From contig OZ024741.1 in the NCBI GenBank assembly GCA_964016885.1, forward strand, positions 51,336,001 to 51,400,000: DNA of 64,000 nucleotides, given 5' to 3'. This stretch comes from Eledone cirrhosa (taxonomy: Eukaryota). Each line of letters begins with the position of its first letter. Position 1 is the stretch's first letter. A program made the position numbers and the translations under genes. Shown here in pieces: positions 53,641 through 64,000 of the stretch. The notes beneath the pieces were generated by a model that saw nothing but the letters and a program-made list of their open reading frames with translations, did not search any database and was not told where the DNA came from.

Positions 53641-55370
53641 AGTCACTTGCTCACATACTGACGTCTCAGACTTGTTAATCCATATATATATATATAGAGA
53701 GAGAGAAATGAGCAAACCAAACTATACTGAACTCATCCTCTGGGCTCAACGTACTACAGTTATAACCACCCGCTTTTTTACCACTATATGTGTGTGTGTG
53801 GGGGGGGGGGGGATATGCATGCATGCATACATACATACATACATGTATGCAAGCAAGCATGCATACATATTTAAACATCATATACAAGCACATACCACAG
53901 AATTATGTATGAAAAGGATAATTAAAAAAAGTAATTAATAATAAAGGTATAAACCTTACAAAATATAAAATTAAGATTAACTTAACTAGTGATATTGTAA
54001 GGAAGAAACAATGGTAGGTGGTAATATATATATACTCGCACAAACATACACACACTCGTATTAGGAAAGGTATCCAGCTGTAGAAAACTTGTCAAACAAA
54101 GGATCAAGGTCTCTTTAATTATGTCAATGACATGAAGCCACGATAATATCAACCCAGTACACTGTGAAATGTGAGATGTGGCCCCTGCTCATCTGATAGA
54201 TCAATAGCTCAGATTAAGTCTGTGACAACCTCTCCATCCCTTGCTAGGAAGGAAAATGGATGTTAAATGATATATAAATACATACACTCACACATATAGA
54301 ACAAACAAATAGTACCATTGGCAGAGAAGGCTGACTTCTGGCATGAATGAAAACATTTTAGAGCATTCTAAATAAAACTTGCATAAGTTTTAGAATGATT
54401 TTGGCAGATTGTTGACAAAAAAAAATACAGTACAATCATAATATAGATTATGCTCCAGGCTTACAAATGTGTAGGAGCAAGAAGAAACAAGTATGAAGAG
54501 AATTCAAGAGGGCCAAGTTCTGGGGCAGAAGGATTGCCTGGACAATATGAGCGACATGAAACAAATGAGTTAAGAGTATGAGTGCAGGTGGTATAAACCT
54601 GCCACTTCCAGCAAGTTTGTGAGGACCAAAGTTTGGAGTGTGTTGGTAAGTAACTTCATAGCCAATGTCTGTTTAGCAGTAATAGTAATAGTATCATTTC
54701 AGATGGAGAATAATAATAGTATTAGCTCTCACATAAAGAATGGTTTCTGATTTAGACACAAGGCCAGTGTGTTACTGGTACTTTATTTTATCGACCCCGT
54801 AGGATGAAAAGTAAAGCTAACCTCAACAGGATTTGAACTTAGACATAAAGGGTCGTAACTGTATGCTAGGAATCATGTCTACCGATACTGCCAAACCACC
54901 TATTATCATTCCATCTCACATAAAAAATAATAAACCTATTATTATACCAAGATTTTAATCTAAGGGGAGTTAATAAAAAAAAAAATTTAAAAAACATCAA
55001 TAGTGAATCCTGCCTTTATGCATTACCTGATAGAATAGTCACAGAAACAAATTATAAAAAAAAGGTTATACATTTTGTGCATGTGAATACACATTCATTA
55101 TAGCCCACCCTCACACCAGTGTATATATCTCATTGAATATTAAATCAGTCCTGCCCAAAAATAATAGCAATACTGGGAGAGGGAATAACCTGTGGGACAG
55201 CAGTTCAAATATGATATAGGGGAGAAAATCTGGCCTGGCCAATTAAGACAGAGGCCAGTCATCTGAGGCTGACAATTGGATAGTAAGATAGAAAAAATAA
55301 ATAGTTAGGTTTTTTTTTTTGCAACAGTCTTTTACTTGTGTTAAATAATAAGTAGAATATCAACAATGGT

Positions 55371-55376
55371 TTTATT
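55371..55376 (-). promoter_or_regulatory. candidate poly(A) signal of ABCF2-like gene
   Basis: AATAAA on minus strand about 620 nt after the stop codon. Confidence 0.35.
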
Positions 55377-55993
55377 GGAATCTGTCATTATCATGATGTT
55401 ATTGCACCAACATTGCAACTGCAACATACACTGAACACTTGCAACTGTCCATCATATTTCCATGCAGATACAAATGGTGTGCAGTTACACACAACATTGA
55501 TATACATTCACATATATATATATAAATATATATGTATGTATATATATATATGCATACGCACACTCACACATATATACATACACTCATATACATACATATA
55601 TAGATATATACACATTCATGTATACATATATATATCTATATACATATATATACATGTACACACACATATATATATATTTATATATATATATATATATATA
55701 CATATTTACACATATTTATACATACACATGTACATGCATCTGTATGTGTGTGTGCAAATATGTTTAAATATGCATATCTATGCTTACATATACTCATGTA
55801 ATCACAAGTATGATGCACAACCATGTAGACATATGCATGTTGTATGTGCATATGTATGCAATATTTGTGCATAAAATGACCACTGGAAAAGCACTGCGAT
55901 CTTTGAAAAAAGTTTTTGGTTTGGTTCAGCCTAAATAACAAAAAAAAAATGGTAATTAAAAAAAATTGAAAACTTCCTAAAACGAAGCTTTGG

Positions 55994-56116
55994 TTATTTA
56001 TCCAGGCTGGCCATCTTTTCTTGGACATTCTTGGCCAAATATTCCTTGTAAGAGAAAATGTCTTTGTCCCATTTCGTTATTGTCTGGTTTTGACACACCC
56101 AAATTTCATGGGCAAC
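55994..56116 (-). CDS. ABCF2: ABCF2-like terminal coding exon ([40 protein letters not shown])
   Basis: ttgtag acceptor; EIWVC..QTITKW matches ABCF2 C-terminus; TAA stop. Confidence 0.93.
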   Translation of the reverse strand, partial: VAHEIWVCQNQTITKWDKDIFSYKEYLAKNVQEKMASLDK

Positions 56117-56546
56117 CTACAAATACACAAAATTGAGATAAAGAAAGACTGAGAATTTACATCCATCAATACAAAGGAAACTGGTCAAATCTATTAGTCA
56201 AGGTTCTTCTAACAAACCATGATCGAAGGTTTTACTAAACCACCTATAAACCATGCACACACTAAGTGTAGAGTGTGTACATTTGTGACTGAAGAGGAAT
56301 ATGTGGATGAAGTAACTAAGCATGAATGAGAGAGAAAAGGAGAATGTGTGAGTGAGTTTTGTTGTTACAGCTCACACCTATGTAGGTTTAGCTGGCCTCC
56401 TACAAGGATGTACCTCATAGGAAGTTTCTTGGGTGTTTTAATGATAGGGACTCCAGTCCTCTCATATGGGAGTAAGTAGAGGTATATGAATGAGAATGCA
56501 GGAGTGAGTGGAAGTATATGAAAATGCTGTTAAAGCAGTAACTTAC

Positions 56547-56750
56547 CTGAGAAATGAGTCTGAAGTCGTGACTCACAAGAACCATGCCCCCATCAAAATC
56601 GTTGATAGCTTCAGCAAGGGCATCAATAGTTTCAATATCTAAATGATTGGTAGGTTCGTCCAATAGAAGCATATGAGGACTCTGCCAAGCCAACCAGGCA
56701 AAGATCACACGGCACCGTTGACCATCGGACAGATTCTTAATTGGACACAC
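56547..56750 (-). CDS. ABCF2: ABCF2-like exon with signature LSDGQ, Walker [12 protein letters not shown] and H-loop VSHD
   Basis: ttcaag acceptor, gtaagt donor; motifs read in ORF 56415..56873. Confidence 0.96.
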
Positions 56751-57885
56751 CTTGAAATACAAACAGCAACAGCAATAAAGACAATTCCTCCTTTGTGGTT
56801 GAGTAACCCACATACACACACCTCTCATTACAGAATTGGAATAATCAAACCAATGTTGAGCAAAATAAAGCAAATAAAAACCAAAAAATTCTCTACATAT
56901 GTCATCAGTATTTGAAAATTTCCTGTAATAAGTATTATACCTACATATGTATTCAGTGTTTCAATGTATTTTATACTGCTAACTATTAACCCTTTAACAT
57001 TTACATTACTCTATACTTACTAATGTATTTTCACGGTAAAGGCTTTACCTCACATAATATCAAATCTGAGATTTTGATGTTATTTATTTTGAGAACAATA
57101 CCTTAACATCAGTATGAGTGGCCAGTTTGAACAGAAAGAGGTGAGAGAATTCTGATTGAATATGGCTGGTTTAAATGCTGGGTTAGAGTGGTGGAATGGT
57201 AAAATTGGTAAAGTATCAGATAAAATGCCATTGCAGTATTCGTCCTGGCCCTTTACATACTAAATTTAAATCCTCCTGGGGGCGATAAAATAAAGTACTA
57301 TTCACATCATTGTTTAGTGTCTATTTTCCATGCTAGCATGGGTTTAGATGAGTTGTCCCATTTGAGGCATGTCACATGACACGTCTTGCTCATATAGAAC
57401 TGTTTCTGGCTTGGTTTCTACAGCTGGATGCCCTTCCTAACACCAACCGCATTTACAAAGTGGGCTGAGTGCTTTTGATCATGATACCTACATGACCACT
57501 GTACAGTGTGAACTGAGCGCTTTTTATTGTGGCACATACACGACCACTTTACAGTGTGTACTAGGCGCTTTTTATTGTGGCACCGCAACAATCACAGGGA
57601 TGTAATTGATTTTTTTTCCCCTCCCGCAAAATTGCTGGCATCGTGCTTGTTAGAAATAATTATTAAGAGAAGGTACATGGTTAAGCAGTTAGGGAGTCAT
57701 GACTCACGAGCATAAAGTCGTGAGTCCTATTCCCAGACCAGGTAGCATGTTGTATGTTGTATCCTTGAGCTAGACACTTTATGACATGCTGCTCCAGTTC
57801 ACTTCGCAATCAAAAACGATTTGTACCTGTAATTCAAGAGACCAGCATTGTTAGACATGGTGTCATGCTGAATCTCCTTGTGACT

Positions 57886-58712
57886 AAGAGCTATGTTAGT
57901 AGTGCATGTGTTTGTGGAATGCTCAGGCACTTAGACGTTAATTTCATGACCAAATCAACTTGAACACTTATTATAGGAACGATGAAGGTACAACAATACA
58001 AAAAACACACAAATATATCTAAATCTGTGATCAGTATTTCAATGTATTTTGTACTACTAACTATTATACCTACATGTGATTAGAGTGTAAATGTATTTCG
58101 TACTAACTATTGTATCTACATATGTAGATCTAGTGGTGCTTATTATGGACAGGTGAACTGAGGCAATGAAGGCAAAATAAAGTGCTCAGCTCAAAGACAT
58201 TACAGTCCATAGACTTGAACTCCCAGCCATTGAATATGTGGCCTCAATACTTTAACTATTCAGCTCACTGTAGTATACTCCCACTCCACTATGCTGAACA
58301 GATAAACTTATGGCTAACTTCCAAAGAGGCCAGAGAGTGCCTCCTAATCCCAAGATAGATAGTTAAGTTAAGTAACAATCACAAGACAGTCATTTCAGAT
58401 GGCCCACTGCACAAAGACGTCAAACATTAGCCACATATGTGACCTCTGCTTCCTCTGACACCACATGTGACAGGGAGTTTAGGCAGCATTCATCACTAAT
58501 AAACCAGTCAAGTGAATTGTTCCGTTATAGATTGTGTAAGTTAGATAGGTCTGTAGAGCAGGTGACCTGTGGGTTAGATAGGTCTGTAGAGCAGGTGACC
58601 TGTGGGCTAGATAGGTCTGTAGAGCAGGTGACCTGTGGGTTAGATAGGTTTGTAGAGCAGGAGACCTGTTTTACAAAAAGAGGAAAAGATGAGATACAGG
58701 TAGAATATTAAT
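57886..58712 (+). repeat. intronic segment duplicated at about 61862-62732
   Basis: Long near-identical stretches including gttagataggtctgtagagcaggtgacct sub-repeats. Confidence 0.9.
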
Positions 58713-58906
58713 GAAAAAAGTAGAAGTTGTGCGTATGGAGAGACCAGTCTTGTTCCAAAATGGTCAGCTAGAAGGAACACCCTAGAGAATGGTCAGCTAG
58801 ATGGGAGATATACTAGAGAATGGACAGCAGAGTAAATAAAGAGGACAATATGTGGACATAAATGTTGGTGGAGGGATGGTTAATGTGGTGAGATATCTGG
58901 ACATAC

Positions 58907-59035
58907 CTGCTGTTGTCCTGACAATCCATAACGACCAATAATTTTCCTCATTTCTTCCTTCTCACGAATATCTGGGTAACACTTCATCATCCAGTCGAGG
59001 GCACTCATTTCTAGGTCTAAGATCTCTCTGAGATG
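58907..59035 (-). CDS. ABCF2: ABCF2-like exon ([43 protein letters not shown])
   Basis: gtgcag acceptor, gtatgt donor; [14 protein letters not shown] typical of ABCF2. Confidence 0.95.
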
Positions 59036-60353
59036 CTGCACGGAAAAAGATTTTAATAGAACATTAACAATACAAACAACTGCTGACATGTTATGCTTGC
59101 TGATCAACCATTCAACAGACTGATGCCCATCAGATATCACACCACACTGCAAGTCAGGGGACACCAAGCCACCCTGCAATGACCAGGGGATGACAGGTCA
59201 CATCATTAGGGTCAGGGAATGCCAAACCACACTGCAACAACCAGAATGTCACCCCATATCATTTTAGGACAATTTTATTCTAAGTTTATAATGGTAGAAT
59301 GAGTCTTCTCCAATATAGTTGTACTGAACTAGTTGCAGTTCTTTATCTCCTGTGAGGTTCTTGAGACCAGTAATCACTAAATTTCATGTCTTCTTTTTAA
59401 AAAGACTGCTTCATACTTCTTTAACCAACTGTTATCCTCCATACTTTTCCCCCTATCTGTATTAGCTCAAGTCTTCTACCTTGCATGCTACACCCACTTC
59501 CTCTTATAACCAGTCCTTTTCAACCCATTTGTCCTCTGCTATCCATGCAAACTAACATTAAATATCCAGCTCTCACAAATCTTCCACATGAAAGCATAAT
59601 ATAGGTGATAGGAAGGGCATCCAACCATAGAAATCTTGCCAAACAAAGGGTCAGGAGGATCCTTAGTTGTGTCAAGGGCATGACCTCTCCTGAGCACTCG
59701 AAAGAACGCAAGACCATACACAAGCACACAGGTCCCTAGCCTGCCTGGGAAATCAGAGGCTCTGCTTCAGTACTGACTTGGTCTATGTAGACCTGTCCAA
59801 CTCTAGCTAGCAGGGAAGGCGGATGTTAAAACAATAATGATGATGATTATACACACAATGCATAATAGCTGAATCATCATGTCAGCTTTTCCATGCTTGG
59901 GTCTTTTCTAACATGCCACCCTCAACTTGTACTCCATCTCTGTAAGTATCAGTTTTTTTAGATCAGCTCTCACTCTCACAACTTCTGCCCAGGTCTTCCT
60001 TGGTTTCCCTCTACTGCTGTTTTCTTCCACATCACACTCTTCTCTACATTTGATACCTCTTAGACCCAGCTTTTCTATCAGCTCATCCATGCTTTGTCGT
60101 TCATGCATATTAACATTACACATTCATCAAAGCATGCTCACTTTTGCATATCCCCAGCATTCAGTACCATGAAACATTGCATATCATGCACATATAACTG
60201 GTTTTTCATTCATAGAATGATGATATATATGTATTTTAAGTGCATATAATATACATACATATATACATGATATATATGCATATCTAATATATAATACACA
60301 TAAATACATACAATGTATAATAGATGATAAATATATAACACGTGTGTGTGTGT

Positions 60354-60453
60354 ATAGGGTGTCCCCCCAAAATGTATACACACTTTGATTACCTGTTTAG
60401 GCAATATTTATTAGAACACAATTGAAGAGTGTATACGTTTTTGGGGACACTAT
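60354..60453. mobile_element. short Tc1/mariner-type MITE
   Basis: gtgtccccc..aaaatgtatacac / gtgtatacgtttttggggacac inverted ends in TA context. Confidence 0.7.
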
Positions 60454-60507
60454 ATATATATACATACTTACATACAATATAAATAAATAAATAAACCATT
60501 TGTTTAC

Positions 60508-60570
60508 CTGGTGATAACGACCAATCTTTAAGTGGGAATGTCGCCGAATTAATCCCTGAGTTGGTACAAG
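60508..60570 (-). CDS. ABCF2: ABCF2-like exon (LVPTQGLIRRHSHLKIGRYHQ)
   Basis: ctcag acceptor, gtaaac donor; in frame with flanking exons; Q-loop region. Confidence 0.93.
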
Positions 60571-60709
60571 CTGAGAATGAAAAGAGAAAAGAAAATGTAG
60601 AAATTTATAGACTTTATAGACATTAAAACTGTAGCACATTTAACTGGTTCCTTCTTCATTTGGAATTGCAGCTGCCAGCTGATTACACCAATTACAAACA
60701 CCATTATTA

Positions 60710-60920
60710 GAGAGGAGTGCCCTCCTAGGGTGCTCTTGGAGATGAGGGTGGGTTGAGATTTGTGGGATTCCTAATTTCACCCCTGGGTGGTATTCCCCCA
60801 TTGGAGAATTCTGTTGTTATTTTGTTTTTTGTTTATTTGTTTTATTAATTTTTTACTCAACTGCGTGTAAATCCTCACTGTCCCCTATGTTCAGCCCTTG
60901 TGGCCAATAATAAATAAATC
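60710..60920 (+). mobile_element. 3' UTR fragment of the Tx1-related family in an ABCF2 intron
   Basis: Resembles reverse complement of 11803-12040 (cccctgggtgg..ccttgtggccaataa). Confidence 0.7.
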
Positions 60921-63139
60921 ATTATTATTGTCTCCATTAGTATATAAGCCATTACTTTACAGACAAAATATTGGGTTTCTTCAGTAAACAAGAGATTTGG
61001 ATTCAGAATACAGAACTAGCACAAATACTGTAAGGTATCTTGTCAGAAGCTCTAAAAATTATGCCCAGTACTTTGAACCCAGAGAGATGAAAGGCAAATT
61101 TGACCCTAAAAGGACATGAACTCAGAAAGAAGGGAGCCAGAATAAATCTTGTAGGGTAATTTTGTCTAACATGAATATTTCTTAGAATTCATTGCCTTCA
61201 GAGTAAATCTAACAACACTAAACACACAAATATATATACCCCCACTGAGGACATGATAAAATACACCAAGTACACTCTGCAAAGTGATTAGTGATAGAAG
61301 GGAATCCAGCCATAGAAAACTTGCCAATCAAAGGCTCAAGTAGCATTAAAGGCATAACAACCTACCTAGTGCTGGTGCCATGATAAAACACCAAATGCAC
61401 CCCGTTGAGTACAAGAACATATGCAAGCGAGATACAGCCCCTGGCCTATCTGATAGAGCATAAATTCCAAGTACTGACTTGGTCTGTGACAGCACATCCA
61501 ACCCTTACTTGCAGGGAAAATGGACTTAAATGATGACAAATACATGTATGCATACATATATAAATACACATATATATGCAATCATCATCATCAGCACTGT
61601 TTAAAGTCCATTTTTCCAAGCTAACATGGATTAGACAAGTCAGATCAGGTGACTATGTCTTGCTCATTCAGAACTGATTTTGATTTAGTTTCTATGGCAA
61701 GATGCCCTTCCTAACACCAATCACATTTACTATGTGGACTGGATATTTTTTATTGTGGCACCTAAATCATTTTACAGGGTGGACTGGACACTTTTCGCCA
61801 CCATCACAATCACTTTACAGTATGAATTAGAAAACTTATGGCTAACTTTCAAAGAGGCTAGAGAGCTACGTTAGTAGTGCTTGTGTATGTGGAATGCTCA
61901 GGCATTTGGACGTTAATTTCATGAGCAGGTTGTTACTTTGACTGAATCAACTTGAACACTCATTGTCAATGATGGAGTACAATAATACAAAAACACAAAT
62001 ATATCTAAATCTCAGTCAGTATTTCAATATATTTTCTATTACACCATCATGTGATCAGTATTTCAATGTATTTTGTACTACTAACTATTATACCTACATG
62101 TGATTAGAGTGTAAATGTATTTCGTACTAACTATTGTATCTACATATGTAGATCTAGTGGTGCTTATTATGGACAGGTGAATTGAGGCAATGAAGGCAAA
62201 ATAAAGTGCTCAGCTCAGAGACATTACAGACCATAGACTTGAACTCCCAGCCATTGAATATGTGGCCTCAATACTTTAACTATTCAGCTCACTGTAGTAT
62301 ACTCCCACTCCACTATGCTGAACAGATAAACTTATGGCTAACTTCCAAAGAGGCCAGAGAGTGCCTCCTAATCCCAAGATAGATAGTTAAGTTAAGTAAC
62401 AATCACAAGACAGTCATTTCAGATGGCCCACTGCACAAAGACGTCAAACATTAGCCACATATGTGACCTCTGCTTCCTCTGACACCACATGTGACAGGGA
62501 GTTTAGGCAGCATTCATCACTAATAAACCAGTCAAGTGAATTGTTCCGTTATAGATTGTGTGGGTTAGATATGTCTGTAGAGCAGGTGACCTGTAGGTTA
62601 GATAGGTTTGTAGAGCAGGAGACCTGTTAGATAGGTCTGTAGAACAGGAGACCTGTTAGATAGGTCTGTAGAACAGGAGACCCGATCTACAGAAAGAGGA
62701 AAAGATGAGATACAGGTAGAATATTAATGAATGTGAATTGTTCTGTTAAAGATGGTGTGGGTTAGATAGGTCTGTAGATATATCTGCAATCATCACTATT
62801 AGCACCGTTTAAAGTCCATTTTCCCAAGCTAACATGGGTTAGTTGAGTAGTACCATTGTTAGACAAGTCAGAACAGATGACTGTGTCTTGCTCATATAGA
62901 ACTGATTTTGGCTTAGGTTCTATGGCAAGATGCCCTTCCTAACGCCAATCACATTTACTGTGTGGACTAGGTGCTTTTTATCATGGCACCAAAACAACCA
63001 CTTTACAGTGTGGACTGGGTGCTTTTTGATGTGGCACCTAAATCATTTTACAGGGTGGACTGGATGCTTTTTGTCACTATCACAACCACTTTACAGTATT
63101 GATCAGGTGGTATACATATATATCTGACATTTAACTTAC

Positions 63140-63250
63140 CTCACCACATAACAGTTTCAACAACGTTGATTTCCCAGCTCCGTTCGGTCCCACCAAGGCA
63201 ACTCTGGTGTCAAGATCAATACCAAAATCCAAATTTTTGTAGATATAAGG
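63140..63250 (-). CDS. ABCF2: ABCF2-like exon with Walker A ([37 protein letters not shown])
   Basis: GPNGAGKST Walker A; ctgtag acceptor and gtaagt donor; phase 0. Confidence 0.95.
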
Positions 63251-63563
63251 CTACAGACAGACAAATTGAAAAATACAATCAGAAAATCAAAGACGTTAAA
63301 TAGAAAACTACAAACTACCTATATAATGTAACAAGTGTATATATGAGGATAGGCTGACTATGAAATCTTGCATGGATTAATTTCAACTCTTATTAATAAC
63401 TGCATTGTTTCTTCCCAGGAACTATGAAAAATAAACCTCATTTGGTCATTCAATGAGAGTAACTTGGTCAGCCTATGAACTATTCAGCCAGAAACAATAT
63501 GAAAGAATACATATTCAGCAAACATAGAGAGAGTAAAAAATACTGTCAAGGGACATAACTCAC

Positions 63564-63653
63564 CTTCTCTGGTTCGTAGCGAAAGTAGACATGTTGCACC
63601 ATGACAATAGGAGGTGGCAAAGTGCCACATGATGGAAAATAAAATGTCAGTGT
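63564..63653 (-). CDS. ABCF2: ABCF2-like exon ([30 protein letters not shown]); gene continues beyond window end
   Basis: Manual translation between tttcag acceptor and gtgagt donor; resembles the ABCF2 linker FYFPxCGxxPPPxxMVQ preceding ABC domain 2. Confidence 0.9.
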
Positions 63654-64000
63654 CTGAAAGAGAAAACAGAAGATTCAAATCTCAAGCTTTGCCAATATTT
63701 CAGCCTTTATAATATAAACGTTAGGCCAATATAACAGCACCGTCTCTCCTACATGAAATGGTGAGTCAACAAAGCCTGCATACAGATGTAAGACAGACCT
63801 GTCTACAAGCCAATAATTCTTAAAAGACACCTTACAACAAACACACAAGATATTTCCAATTTTCACTTTCAGATAAATTGACAAAATAAACAGTTTCTAT
63901 GTTAATGGTAACTAAACCAATGACAGAACTGCTATATGGTCACTTGGCCAAATAGTCAAATCTCCCTCTGATCACACCATATCTGCTTAAAAGGGAAGGA

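Overview
AT-rich, microsatellite-dense eukaryotic DNA. The repeat style suggests a cephalopod (Octopus-like) genome; this is an inference. Host genes: (i) the last six coding exons of an ABCF2-like ABC-F ATPase on the minus strand (55994-63653, all phase-0 GT-AG introns); (ii) a terminal exon encoding an OAR (aristaless) motif of a paired-class homeobox gene on the plus strand (48334-48497). Mobile DNA: an almost intact 5.8-kb L1/Tx1-clade LINE flanked by (TCTA)n, plus fragments of CR1, RTE, R4/Dong, CRE, Penelope, mariner, MITEs and tRNA-derived SINEs. The most notable signal is not visible in the ORF track: several non-coding units embedded in (TA)n arrays carry type I hammerhead ribozyme (HHR) folds. 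One is a 693-nt unit whose 5' end coincides with its own predicted self-cleavage site, and another is a 522-nt circularly permuted unit with terminal redundancy; both resemble retrozymes or Penelope-derived elements. A further family has all HHR core motifs in a non-canonical strand order, with compensatory base changes between copies. All structures were read by eye and need covariance-model and biochemical confirmation.
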